A stretch of DNA of 64,000 bases from an uncultured Anaerolineaceae bacterium (GTDB taxonomy: Bacteria; Chloroflexota; Anaerolineae; Anaerolineales; E44-bin32), in the NCBI GenBank assembly GCA_964388955.1, contig CAYMCO010000029.1, forward strand, positions 1,197-65,196, given 5' to 3'. The notes under the pieces were generated by a model. The model had not been told where the DNA came from, did no database searches, and saw only the letters and a program-made list of their open reading frames with translations. Below, in pieces: positions 35,428-45,338 of the stretch (the stretch's first letter is position 1; each line of letters opens with the position of its first letter). Both the position numbers and the translations under genes were made by a program.

Positions 35428-37041
35428 TTGAAAATCGAACAGCAGGAATTGGAAGACCGCCAAGTTCAGCTAACGGTCGAGGTGCCCGATGATGAGTCGC
35501 AGGCCGCGCTGAGGTCCGCTGCTCGGCGCCTGAGTAAGGCCGCTCGCATTCCCGGCTTCCGGCCGGGGAAAGCCCCGTACAACATCGTCGTTCGCCAGTT
35601 CGGCGAGGAAGCCGTCCTCGAGGAGGCGCTGGAGACCCTCGGCCAGAAGATTTACCGCCAGGCGATCGATGAACAGGATATCTCACCCTTCGCCCCCGGC
35701 TCCTTCGACGAGGTCATCAGCAAGCAGCCGCTGGTCCTCCAGTTCACAATACCCCTCGCGCCCAAGGTCGATCTTGATGACTATAAAGCGCTCCGCTTGC
35801 CCTATGAGGCGCCCGAGGTCTCTGACGAGGACTTGAAGGAGGTCCTGGAAAACCTGCGCCAGGGGCAGGCTTTGATCGAGCCGGTGGAGCGGCCAGCCCA
35901 GATGAGCGATTTGGCCGTCGCAGATGTGACAGCCGAGTTGCAGCCCGATGACGATGGGGAAGCGGAATCCTTGATCGACGAGAAAGGCGTCTCCCTCATC
36001 CTTGAGGAGGAGGCAGATTGGCCATTTCCGGGGATCGCAGACCATCTGGAAGGTTTGGAGGCCGGCTCCGAGCTGGATGTGGAATACACTTTCCCCGATG
36101 ACTATCCCAGCGAGACCCTGCGAGGCCGGACGGCCGCGTTCCATTTGACCGTCCAGGATGTCAAATCCAGGTTCGTGCCGCAGTGGTCCGACGACCTGGC
36201 GCGCAACCTGGGGGAATTCGAGGACCTGCTGGACCTGCGTATCAAGGTGCGCAAGCAGATCCAGGAGCAGGCCACCCAGCGTGCCGAAAATGAGTATGCC
36301 GATCAGGCGCTCGACGCCTTGCTCGAGAGATCGACCATCGAGTTTCCACCCGTGCTGCTGGAAGAGGAGATCGACGACATGGTGCGAGACTTCGAGGGTC
36401 GATTGCGAGGACAGAACCTCACTCTCGATGACTACTTGAAAATCGAGGGCAAGTCCCACGAGGACCTGCGGGCCGGCTTTGCGGATCGCGCCCGAGATCG
36501 TCTCAAGCGCGCCCTGGCCTTGGGCAGACTCGTCGAACTCGAGGATCTCAAGGTCGAACCGCTGGAGATCGATGCGGAAATCGATCGCATCATGGAGCCG
36601 TTCGGCGACCGAGCGCAGGACCTTCGCAAGACCCTGGAGGCGCCGCGAGGTCAGCGCCGCCTGGAGAATGACCTGCTGACCAGGTCCGCCGTGGGGCGGC
36701 TGATGGCCATCGCTCGCGGAGACCTCGAGGCTGGCATCGAGGGTGAAGCAGGACCGAGCGAGCCGGCCGTCGAAATAGAGACGGAGCAAGAAGCATCGGG
36801 AGATGACTTTGCTGTCGATGCCGGTACGCAGGGAGAAGCCCCGGCGATCGAACCAGCCGTCGAAACAGGGACGGAAGAAGGAGCGCAGGGCAACGACCTG
36901 GCTGCCGAGGCCCAGATGAAACAAGAGGCGGCGGCGAGCAAAACAGCGGTTGAAGCCGAGACCCAGGCCGATACAACCCTGCGCCAAGCAGAGCCAGAGA
37001 TCCCAGATTCAATAGAGACACCAGAGGGAGAGGCAGAATAG
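35428..37041 (+). CDS. tig: Trigger factor with an approximately 105-aa acidic repeat tail
   Basis: The N-terminus has the ribosome-binding motif [10 protein letters not shown]. It has a TTG start, a canonical length of about 430 aa and a Glu/Ala-rich extension. Confidence 0.9.
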   Translation: MKIEQQELEDRQVQLTVEVPDDESQAALRSAARRLSKAARIPGFRPGKAPYNIVVRQFGEEAVLEEALETLGQKIYRQAIDEQDISPFAPGSFDEVISKQPLVLQFTIPLAPKVDLDDYKALRLPYEAPEVSDEDLKEVLENLRQGQALIEPVERPAQMSDLAVADVTAELQPDDDGEAESLIDEKGVSLILEEEADWPFPGIADHLEGLEAGSELDVEYTFPDDYPSETLRGRTAAFHLTVQDVKSRFVPQWSDDLARNLGEFEDLLDLRIKVRKQIQEQATQRAENEYADQALDALLERSTIEFPPVLLEEEIDDMVRDFEGRLRGQNLTLDDYLKIEGKSHEDLRAGFADRARDRLKRALALGRLVELEDLKVEPLEIDAEIDRIMEPFGDRAQDLRKTLEAPRGQRRLENDLLTRSAVGRLMAIARGDLEAGIEGEAGPSEPAVEIETEQEASGDDFAVDAGTQGEAPAIEPAVETGTEEGAQGNDLAAEAQMKQEAAASKTAVEAETQADTTLRQAEPEIPDSIETPEGEAE

Positions 37042-37042
37042 C

Positions 37043-37684
37043 ATGTCTTCAAGCAACCCCCAATCTTTGATCCCCATGGTCATTGAGACAACCGGGCGCG
37101 GGGAGCGCGCCTATGATATCTATTCGCTGCTGCTGAAAGAGCGGATCATATTCCTGGGCACCCCCATAAACGACCAGGTATCGAATCTCATCGTCGCACA
37201 ACTGCTCTATTTGGACAACGAGGACCGCGAGCGCACCATCCATATGTACATCAACTGCCCGGGAGGGGGCATATACTCCGGGCTCGCCATCTACGATACA
37301 ATGCAGCAGGTGACCGCACCGGTCTCCACTGTCGCCGTTGGCGTAACCGCCTCCTTCGGGACTGTTCTCCTAGCCTCGGGCACCAAGGGCATGCGCTATG
37401 CTTTACCACACGCCACTGTGCACCTGCACCAACCGCTCGGGGGCGCGCAAGGTCAGGCCACCGATATCGAGATCCAAGCCAAGGAGATCTTGCGCCTGAA
37501 GGAGAAACTGAATAGGATATTGGTGGAACACACCGGGCAGACGCTCGAAGTCATCGAACGGGATACCGAACGAGACTTCTATATGGATGCCACCGAGGCG
37601 GAATCCTACGGCCTCATCGATGATGTCCTTTCGCCGTCGCACGAAGAGGAGCCGGAGGGAGAGGCAGAGAAAGCGAGCAAATAA
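37043..37684 (+). CDS. clpP: ATP-dependent Clp protease proteolytic subunit
   Basis: [19 protein letters not shown]...[12 protein letters not shown]...[12 protein letters not shown] contains the Ser-His catalytic context. Confidence 0.95.
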   Translation: MSSSNPQSLIPMVIETTGRGERAYDIYSLLLKERIIFLGTPINDQVSNLIVAQLLYLDNEDRERTIHMYINCPGGGIYSGLAIYDTMQQVTAPVSTVAVGVTASFGTVLLASGTKGMRYALPHATVHLHQPLGGAQGQATDIEIQAKEILRLKEKLNRILVEHTGQTLEVIERDTERDFYMDATEAESYGLIDDVLSPSHEEEPEGEAEKASK

Positions 37685-37687
37685 CAC

Positions 37688-38992
37688 ATGAGCGGGGATG
37701 AAGGTCCCGACCTCGATCAGCGTCGTTGCTCCTTCTGCAACCGGTCGGAGCCGGATGTGCTCCGGCTCATCACCGGTCCAGAGGGTGTCTGCATCTGCAA
37801 CGAATGCGTTGACCTCTGCCAGGATATCCTTCAGGGCGGCCCCCAGCCCTCCGCGGGCTCGCTGGCCTACAGCGGGCGCCCTCCCCTTCCACCGCAGCGG
37901 ATATACGAGAAGCTCGAGGAATATGTGGTCGCTCAGGAACACGCCAAGCGGGTTCTCTCCGTAGCGGTATACAATCACTACAAGCGGATCGCGAGCCGGG
38001 GCGGCCGGGATGTCGAACTTGAGAAGAGCAATATCCTGCTCGTCGGGCCGACCGGCTGCGGCAAGACATTGCTCGCCCAAACGCTTGCCAGGATCCTCGA
38101 TGTTCCCTTCTGCATCGCCGATGCCACCGCGCTGACCGAGGCGGGATATGTCGGCGAGGACGTGGAAAACATACTGCTGCGCCTGCTGCAGGCCGCCGAT
38201 TTCAACGTCCCCCGGGCGGAGCGCGGCATTGTCTATATCGATGAGCTCGATAAGACCGCACGCAAGACCGGCGACAACCCCAGCATCACCCGCGATGTCT
38301 CCGGTGAAGGGGTTCAGCAGGCGCTGCTCAAGATCATCGAAGGCGCCATGGTCAACGTCCCCCCACAAGGGGGGCGGAAACATCCCCAACAAGAGTTCAT
38401 CCAAGTCAACACCACGGACATCTTGTTCATCTGCGGCGGGACATTCGACGGCCTAACGGAGATCGTGGCCGATCGCATCGGCCGGCGTGGGTATCTCGGC
38501 TTCCCGGGGACCCGGGCCAGCAGGGAGGCCATGGAGCTCGATTCCACGGCCTTGCTCAAGATGGTCGCGCCCGAGGATCTGATGCGCTACGGGATGATCC
38601 CTGAGCTGGTTGGCCGCCTCCCGATCGTCGCCAGCCTCCACCCCCTTGACAAGGACGCGCTGCGGGCTATTCTCACCGAGCCTCGCAACGCCCTGGCCCG
38701 ACAGTACCATCGCCTTTTCGAGATGGACAACGTGGTTCTCGATCTCACCGCCGATGCGTTGACCACAACCGCGGAAATGGCGTTGAAGTCGGAAACTGGA
38801 GCCCGTGGCCTGCGCTCCATCCTGGAGGCCACGCTGCTGGATGTGATGTACTCCATCCCCTCCCATCCCGAAGTCCGAAAGGTGATCGTGGATGGCGACA
38901 CCATCCTGGGGAAGTCCGAACCGCGGCTCCTCAACGCTCAGGGGGAGTTTGTGGAATGGGACCGTGGGGCGACCTTGTCGGATGCCGCCTGA
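37688..38992 (+). CDS. clpX: ATP-dependent Clp protease ATP-binding subunit ClpX
   Basis: The zinc ribbon [28 protein letters not shown], Walker [21 protein letters not shown] and the pore loop GYVGEDV are present. Confidence 0.95.
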   Translation: MSGDEGPDLDQRRCSFCNRSEPDVLRLITGPEGVCICNECVDLCQDILQGGPQPSAGSLAYSGRPPLPPQRIYEKLEEYVVAQEHAKRVLSVAVYNHYKRIASRGGRDVELEKSNILLVGPTGCGKTLLAQTLARILDVPFCIADATALTEAGYVGEDVENILLRLLQAADFNVPRAERGIVYIDELDKTARKTGDNPSITRDVSGEGVQQALLKIIEGAMVNVPPQGGRKHPQQEFIQVNTTDILFICGGTFDGLTEIVADRIGRRGYLGFPGTRASREAMELDSTALLKMVAPEDLMRYGMIPELVGRLPIVASLHPLDKDALRAILTEPRNALARQYHRLFEMDNVVLDLTADALTTTAEMALKSETGARGLRSILEATLLDVMYSIPSHPEVRKVIVDGDTILGKSEPRLLNAQGEFVEWDRGATLSDAA

Positions 38993-39884
38993 TCTCCAAA
39001 GATTCCTTTTCCCGCCGATCGTCTCTACCTTCTCCATCGTTGCTTTCGATCCGCACGGCCCTGCCTGGGGCATCGCCGTGGCCTCCAAATTCCCCGCCGT
39101 CGGCGCTGTGGTTCCCTGGGCGCTGGCCGGCTCGGGAGCGGTTGCCACACAATCCTACGCCAATACGGCTTACGGGCCGCGCGGCCTGGAGCTGATGGGC
39201 GCCGGGAAAAGCGCCGAGGCGGCATTGGGAGAATTGATCGCGGGAGACGACGATCGCGCCACCCGGCAAGTCGGCTTGGTCGACGCCCAGGGGAGCGCAG
39301 CTACCTTCACCGGAGACGAGTGTCATGACTGGGCCGGCGGGCGTACAGGTGACGGTTTTTCGATCCAGGGGAACATTCTGGTAGGCCCGGAAGTGGTCGA
39401 GGCCATGGCGAAGAACTTCGAGGGCACCCAAGGGGGCCTGCCCGAGCGATTGATGGTCGCTCTGCAGGCAGGCGACCGCGCCGGTGGGGATCGCCGGGGG
39501 CGCCAGAGCGCGGCACTGCTGGTGGTTAAGACGGGTGGGGGATACGCCGGTCTCAACGACCGCTGGATCGATTACCGGGTCGACGATCACGTTGATCCGG
39601 TCCCTGAGCTTATCAAACTCCTCGAGCTGCACCATCTCTATTTCGAAGAGAGTCCGCCGGAGGACCGGGTAGATATTCGTGGCGAAGTGGCTGAGGACCT
39701 GCAGGCCATGATGACCCGTCTTGGCTACTACCAGGGGGAACTCACCGGCGAGCTCGACCCCGTCACCCGCAAGGCCCTGGAAGCCTTTATTGGCGCGGAG
39801 AACTTTGAAGATCGCACAGACCTGGATAGCGGAAAGATAGACCGCCCGGTCTACGAGTACCTGCACCGCAAGTTCAAAGCATGA
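38982..39884 (+). CDS. DUF1028 (Ntn-hydrolase-like) protein with a C-terminal peptidoglycan-binding-like domain
   Basis: [33 protein letters not shown] is DUF1028-like. The C-terminal [32 protein letters not shown] resembles PG_binding_1. The ATG at 38982 overlaps the clpX stop by 11 nt, so the start is uncertain. Confidence 0.65.
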   Translation: MPPDLQRFLFPPIVSTFSIVAFDPHGPAWGIAVASKFPAVGAVVPWALAGSGAVATQSYANTAYGPRGLELMGAGKSAEAALGELIAGDDDRATRQVGLVDAQGSAATFTGDECHDWAGGRTGDGFSIQGNILVGPEVVEAMAKNFEGTQGGLPERLMVALQAGDRAGGDRRGRQSAALLVVKTGGGYAGLNDRWIDYRVDDHVDPVPELIKLLELHHLYFEESPPEDRVDIRGEVAEDLQAMMTRLGYYQGELTGELDPVTRKALEAFIGAENFEDRTDLDSGKIDRPVYEYLHRKFKA

Positions 39885-39927
39885 GCCGCATTGAGGCATA
39901 AGCGATACACGCCAGGCGGACCAATGA

Positions 39928-40015
39928 CGAACGACAAGGCCGTGTTCCCGTTGAAGCGTCGGAACGTTATGACGTTTGAACGTGGAAACGTGCGAACGTG
40001 CAACGTGTGACCCGG
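39928..40015. repeat. Dispersed intergenic repeat module with an AACGTG array (copy B)
   Basis: CGAACGACAAGGC...AACGTG at 39979, 39987, 39995 and 40002 (period 8, 8, 7)...GACCCG. It parallels 26609-26670. Confidence 0.6.
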
Positions 40016-40108
40016 AATCGCCCCTTCGCCTGCCATTGAACGCGACATGGCTTACAATAACGCTTGCGTCCCCCATCGGATCGTCCATGGCTACGACGGA
40101 GTGAGGAA

Positions 40109-40909
40109 ATGAAGCGCGCTGCAATTCGCGGCTGGATCATCGACATGGACGGGGTGCTATACCGCGGCGGCACCCCGCTACCCGGCATGGTGGATTTCAT
40201 CCCCCTGCTGAGAGCTAGGGGCCTCTCCTTCCTGATCGTCACCAACAACGCCACCGCCACCCCAGATGCTGTCGTTCGGAAACTGGCCGGCATGGGGGCC
40301 AGCATCTCGCCTCAGGAAGTGCTCAGTTCAGCTCTGGCGACGGCAAACTGGCTCAAGGGTGAGCTAGACTCCGGCGCAGCCATCTATGTGATCGGCGAGG
40401 AGGGCCTGCGGGCCGCATTGACGGAAGCGGGGTTCCGCTTGGCAGGTGTCGCTGACGACGCGAGCGCCGTCGTCGTGGGGATGGATCGCAAAGTGACATG
40501 GGAGAAGATGGCCGAAGCGGCCTTGGCGATCGAGGCGGGCGCGATGTTCGTAGGCACCAATCCGGACCCATCCTTTCCCATCGAGCGCGGCCTGGTCCCC
40601 GGAAACGGGGCCATATTGGCGGCGCTGCAAGCCACCACGGATGTGGCGCCCAAGATCATAGGGAAACCCGAAGTGCCCCTGTTCCAACAGGCGGCGGAAC
40701 GCATCGGCGTGCAGCCCCCCCATATCATGGTGCTGGGGGACCGGCTGTCCACCGACATTCTGGGCGGCCAGCGCGCCGGCATGCAAACCGGATTGATGCT
40801 CACCGGGGTCACGGATCGGGAGACGCTCAAGGCCTCCGGCATCCAACCGGATAGGGTATATAGCGACCTCTATCATGTGATGAAGGAAATCCGGGAGTCG
40901 CAGAAGTGA
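40109..40909 (+). CDS. HAD-IIA family hydrolase (NagD-like sugar phosphatase)
   Basis: MKRAAIRGWIIDMDGVLYRGGTPLPG...FLIVTNNAT...VLGDRLSTDILGG. The RBS is GAGTGAGGAA. Confidence 0.85.
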   Translation: MKRAAIRGWIIDMDGVLYRGGTPLPGMVDFIPLLRARGLSFLIVTNNATATPDAVVRKLAGMGASISPQEVLSSALATANWLKGELDSGAAIYVIGEEGLRAALTEAGFRLAGVADDASAVVVGMDRKVTWEKMAEAALAIEAGAMFVGTNPDPSFPIERGLVPGNGAILAALQATTDVAPKIIGKPEVPLFQQAAERIGVQPPHIMVLGDRLSTDILGGQRAGMQTGLMLTGVTDRETLKASGIQPDRVYSDLYHVMKEIRESQK

Positions 40910-41946
40910 ATCCAGTCCCATCCATCTTTGATCTCCGCTTCGAAGAGTTGGAGCAGGTGATCGCCTCCTGGGACGAACCCCCCTATCGCGCCAGGCAGAT
41001 CTGGCATGCGCTGTACGCGGAACAGGTAGAGAGCGTTGGCCAGATTACCACGTTGTCGATGGAGCTGCGCGGCCGTCTCGCCGGGGAATACCGCTTCCGA
41101 TCGCTGGCCGAGCGCCGCAAATTGACTTCCAAGGATGGCAGAACCGAGAAGTTCCTGTTCTCGCTCGCGGATGGGAAGGCCATCGAGGTCGTCTTGATGC
41201 ATTATCGCAGGCGCCGCACCGCCTGCATATCCACCCAGGTCGGCTGCGCTATGGGCTGTAGTTTCTGTGCCACCGGGCGCATGGGCTTCGGCCGCCATCT
41301 CTCCGCCGGGGAGATCGTAGAACAGGTGCTGTATCTTTCACGCCATTTGGCCGTCCAGGATGACCGGTTGACCAACGTAGTGGTGATGGGCATGGGGGAG
41401 CCCTTTCACAACTACGAGGCGACCGCAGAAGCCATCGCGCGTCTCAGCGACCATCGCGGGTTCAACTTCGGCGCCCGTCGTTTTACCGTTTCCACCGTCG
41501 GGCTGGTGCCGATGATCGAGCGTTTCGGCGAGGATATGGGCCAAGTGAACCTGGCCGTATCGCTGCACGCCGCCACAGATGCCCTGCGGGATGAGCTGAT
41601 TCCGATCAACCGGAAGTATCCGCTGGGCCTTCTCATCGGAGCCTGCCGAGAACATGTTCGGAGAACGGGGCGGCGGATCACCTTTGAATGGGCGCTGATC
41701 AACGGTGTGAACGACGGGCCCGATCAAGCCCAAGCCCTGTGCGGGCTTGTCGAGGGGCTCAACTGCCACGTGAATCTCATCCCCCTTAACCCCATCCGCG
41801 GCTACTCCGGAACCGCCTCCTCCCAGCGCCGCGTAGCCGCCTTCCGAAACGTTCTGCAATCCTGCGGCATACCCACCACCGTGCGCGTCCGCCGCGGTAT
41901 CGAGATCGATGCCGGGTGTGGGCAACTGGCGACGGAATCCGCCTGA
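40906..41946 (+). CDS. rlmN: 23S rRNA/tRNA (adenine-C2)-methyltransferase RlmN (radical SAM)
   Basis: YRARQIWHALY, CISTQVGCAMGCSFCATG (CxxxCxxC), MGMGEPFHNY and the C-terminal GIEIDAGCGQL are present. The GTG start overlaps the upstream stop. Confidence 0.9.
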   Translation: MNPVPSIFDLRFEELEQVIASWDEPPYRARQIWHALYAEQVESVGQITTLSMELRGRLAGEYRFRSLAERRKLTSKDGRTEKFLFSLADGKAIEVVLMHYRRRRTACISTQVGCAMGCSFCATGRMGFGRHLSAGEIVEQVLYLSRHLAVQDDRLTNVVVMGMGEPFHNYEATAEAIARLSDHRGFNFGARRFTVSTVGLVPMIERFGEDMGQVNLAVSLHAATDALRDELIPINRKYPLGLLIGACREHVRRTGRRITFEWALINGVNDGPDQAQALCGLVEGLNCHVNLIPLNPIRGYSGTASSQRRVAAFRNVLQSCGIPTTVRVRRGIEIDAGCGQLATESA

Positions 41947-42151
41947 AAGCACAACTCACGCATGGCGTTCCGAATGCCTGGGGCAACTCGTCTCGACGGT
42001 CGCCCCCGGGCACATCAGGGCGAGCAGCGCCGCTGCGATCAGGACGCGCTCGGCCAGGCGTTAAGCGAGAAACGCCCTGAGGGGCGCCGGCCTTCCCGAC
42101 CTTGGGATTATCATGATTTCTGTGATTTGACGGCCCGAAAACTCGAGAAAC

Positions 42152-43573
42152 CTATGCGGCATAGCCCGGGGAGCGCAGCTTCTCCAGCGCCTCCGCCGTT
42201 TGTGGAACAGCAAGTCGCACCGAAGTGCCCTTTCCGGGAGCCGAATCCACCACCAGTTTGCCGCTCACCAGCTCTGCCCGCTCATACAGGTTAAGCATCC
42301 CCATGCTGCCGGATTGCTCGTACCCATCCTGGAGCATCTCCAGATCGAAGCCGTCGCCGTCATCCTCGACGCTCAGGAAGAACATCTCCCCCTTGCTCCA
42401 TGCGCGCACCCGGATTTCCTCCGCGTTGGCGTGTTTGCGGGCGTTGGCCACTGCCTCCTCGGCCACGAAGAAGACCACGTTCTGCTTGCGGGCGTCGAGC
42501 CCTGCGGCGGCATCGACGGCAGATTCAACAATCACCCGCTGGTCGAAAGTCTCCTGCGTATTCTTCGCCAGATGTTCCAGCGCCGGTATCAAGCCCTCCG
42601 CTTCCAGCACCAACGGGCGCAAGGCAAACAGCATCTGGCGCATTTCCTTTGTCGTGCGCCGGGCAAGCTCCTCGACCTTGTACAGCTCATCCGCCGCAGC
42701 TTTTGGATCGCGCTCAAGCAGACGACGGACATAGTTCACCCGCATTGTGATCGCGCCGATGGATTGCGTGGGGCCGTCATGCAGGTCCCTGGCCAGCTTC
42801 CGGCGCGCCTCTTCCTGAACTTCCTTGATCCGATCCTTCTCCAGCGCCAGGTTTTCATACATGGCCGCGTTGGTGAGCGCGATCACCGCTTGCTTGGCGA
42901 TCAACTCCAGCAGCTCCAGATGCTCCTCGTCAAAGAAATCGGGTTGAGAGTGTCCAAACAGGAGCAGACCGGTGACATCGAAGCCCTGGTATAGCGGCAC
43001 GCAGACCGCGCTCTTGCACCTGTGCAACGCGGTCAGACGGCTGAGCTCGGGATCTTCCTTTGGATTCTCCGTGACCGCGGAGCGGTTGCTGCCAAGCGCC
43101 TGTGCCAACGCACCTCCCCGACCCTCGAATCGAACGCGCATATCGGCATGTGGGAAGCCGCGCGCGGCAGCCACGCGCAGGCCGCCGTCCGCCAAGATGA
43201 GGAGTGCGCTCACGCTCCGCCCACCCCGCTCCGCTGCTTCTCCCAAGGCGGCTGTCCCCAAGTCGAGACTGAGTTCCTGCACGCGCTCATAGTTCAGGCT
43301 GGCGTTGAGCGTTCCAGAGATCTGCAGCACGGATCGCAGGTGCTCCAGTTCGTCCTGGCGCTTCTTGAGCCGCCTCTGCAACGTGCTGAGCGTCCCATCC
43401 GAGTCACCCTGCTGACTGGCGGCACTTCGCCTATGCGAGGGTCGCATCACCCAGCGAATGACTACGGCAGCGAGCACGATCAACCCAAGTAGAAAGCCCG
43501 CCAGAATCACGGGTTCGGCGGCCTGTAAGAAACTGCCCAAAGACGTGAAATGGAGGGCATTAGAGAAGTGCAC
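42152..43573 (-). CDS. Sensor histidine kinase (TM, coiled coil, GAF, HisKA_3, HATPase_c); no adjacent response regulator
   Basis: The H-box is LARDLHDGPTQSI and the ATPase N/G boxes are EAVANARKHANA...VEDDGDGF...GMLNLYERAELVSGKL. The start is GTG. Confidence 0.85.
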   Translation of the reverse strand: MHFSNALHFTSLGSFLQAAEPVILAGFLLGLIVLAAVVIRWVMRPSHRRSAASQQGDSDGTLSTLQRRLKKRQDELEHLRSVLQISGTLNASLNYERVQELSLDLGTAALGEAAERGGRSVSALLILADGGLRVAAARGFPHADMRVRFEGRGGALAQALGSNRSAVTENPKEDPELSRLTALHRCKSAVCVPLYQGFDVTGLLLFGHSQPDFFDEEHLELLELIAKQAVIALTNAAMYENLALEKDRIKEVQEEARRKLARDLHDGPTQSIGAITMRVNYVRRLLERDPKAAADELYKVEELARRTTKEMRQMLFALRPLVLEAEGLIPALEHLAKNTQETFDQRVIVESAVDAAAGLDARKQNVVFFVAEEAVANARKHANAEEIRVRAWSKGEMFFLSVEDDGDGFDLEMLQDGYEQSGSMGMLNLYERAELVSGKLVVDSAPGKGTSVRLAVPQTAEALEKLRSPGYAA

Positions 43574-43885
43574 GACTGCCCCAACCTTTTTGAGTCGTCC
43601 CGTCGCGGCAAAGCGTGATGGATGATGCGAAAGTGCGCCCGTCCGTGCGCCGTCCGCAGCAACCCCATATGTCTATAGTATGCGTCATCCTCTCCAATTC
43701 CCACCTTACAGCCAGCTAACAGACTTCCTCCGCACTAGTGGCGCGTCGATTCGGCACGCCTCCAGCTCATGCGCCGCATCTGGTGGCCCCTTGGTGCAAC
43801 CCAGCGTCCCAGGCGGTCGAAGGCAACCGGGAGTTGGCACGAGGAGGTGAACCCATGAATGACAATTGTCTATGCGAAACGGAGG

Positions 43886-44539
43886 TCATCCAGCAGACTT
43901 CCTCTCCGCTGCCTTGGTGAATTCCACGAACGCGCGCTCGATCTCATCGCTCCTCCGTCGCGCCCCCGCTTGCAGGTATTCCATGGCGCGTAGCGCGCAC
44001 TCGTGGGCGGCCTCGCTGGAACCACACACGCAATCCTCCGCCACCCGGCAGAAGTAGTCGCGTTGGTGGCCATCCACAAAGGTATAGTGGACACAGACAT
44101 CCGTGAGCGCGCCGACCATGATCAATGTGTCGGCCTTGAGGCCCTTCAGCAAGATCTCCAGATCCGTGCCGAAGAAGCAGGAATAGCGCCTCTTTCGGAT
44201 CACGAAATCCTCCGGCCGCAAGTCCACGAGCTCAGCGGAGATTTCCGTCCCGGCCTGCCCCTCGATGTCGTGAACGTCCTCCGCGCCATCTAGTTCGCGC
44301 CCGATATCCACCAGATCCGGCCGATGGACCTCCTGGAAGAAGATGATCGGGATGGCGCTTTCGCGGGCTGCCCGGATCAGCGCCGCCGCCCGCTGCATGC
44401 GCTGTGGGTAGTCCGCCATCGTGGGTATGGCGGCCTTTTGGTCACCGGCCCGCCGTTCGCCCCCCTGGATGTCAATGGCCAGCAAGACGGGCTGGCCCTC
44501 GATGAGTCTTCGCCGGACGATTTTCCCTTCTCGCATCAT
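43886..44539 (-). CDS. Isochorismatase-family cysteine hydrolase
   Basis: LLAIDIQ...RKRRYSCFFGTDLEILLKGLKADTLIMVGALTDVCVHYT is the catalytic D-K-C pattern. The RBS is GAGGAAGGG. Confidence 0.85.
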   Translation of the reverse strand: MMREGKIVRRRLIEGQPVLLAIDIQGGERRAGDQKAAIPTMADYPQRMQRAAALIRAARESAIPIIFFQEVHRPDLVDIGRELDGAEDVHDIEGQAGTEISAELVDLRPEDFVIRKRRYSCFFGTDLEILLKGLKADTLIMVGALTDVCVHYTFVDGHQRDYFCRVAEDCVCGSSEAAHECALRAMEYLQAGARRRSDEIERAFVEFTKAAERKSAG

Positions 44540-44696
44540 CCCTTCCTCGTGGATTCTCTCGCCGATTCCGCCGGTTGGGGCACTTGTTGCCGAACGGGTG
44601 CGGGCATTATGCCACTTGGACTCGTGTTGTCAAGTTGGGATTGAAACGGCCTGGTGCGGCGAGATGATCGAGTGCGGGCCCGCTTATGGACTCCGT

Positions 44697-44723
44697 CAGC
44701 TTGCTGATGGCCGCGAGCGAAGC
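44697..44723. repeat. Short dispersed repeat, copy 2 of 2 (CAGCTTGCTGMTGGCCGCGAGCGAAGC)
   Basis: Matches 11386-11412 with 1 mismatch. Confidence 0.65.
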
Positions 44724-45301
44724 GGGCGGAGGGATACGAACTGCGATGTCGATCGCGAAGACTCCACCCCGACGAGGAATGCTGGGGCAATCTCCCCACA
44801 ATTGGGGCGAACCGCCGAATCATGGATTTGCAGCCGGTCCTCCCATACTTCGGGACGTCGGGCATCCCTTCCCCCGCCCCCCAACGACTGCTCCCTGAGC
44901 ACTCTTCACCCCCGATTGCTCCCTGACCGCTGTCCACTCCCCATTGCTCACTATGCCTGTATTTGCCGGGTGCGCCTATGTTTTGGGGGAAAGCCCTGCC
45001 TCCCTCGCCTGACGCAGCCGCGGTTCAAAGAGGCCCTCCATTTCAGAGAGAAGTGTCGGCGAACCCCCACCCCCTTGCCCCCTCCCCCAACATGCTGGGA
45101 CCGTTTTCCCCGGTCTTCCGGAAGCCGGGGGAGGGGATTGGGGTGAGGGGTGGAAAGGACCTCCAAAGGCAGAGTCAATGTTCCGCGTCGTGGATCACCG
45201 CAATGGGCAGTCCAGGAGCTGGGCGGAGGGCGCCCGAGTGACGGGCCGTTCTTCGAACTTAGCCGCCCCTGAAATGGAACAACCCCTATTTGCCTGCCAT
45301 C

Positions 45302-45330
45302 TTGAAAATGGGGGGAGGCAACGGTATCAT
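45302..45330 (+). promoter_or_regulatory. rpe promoter predicting a leaderless mRNA
   Basis: TTGAAA at 45302-45307, a 17-nt spacer, then TATCAT at 45325-45330. The ATG at 45339 lies 8 nt after the -10, and there is no SD. Confidence 0.5.
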
Positions 45331-45338
45331 AGAAGCCT

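Noticed and set aside
39979-40007. Tandem AACGTG units as a CRISPR array or minisatellite
   Set aside because: The period is only 7-8 nt, there are no spacers and no cas genes. It is reported instead as part of a dispersed repeat module.
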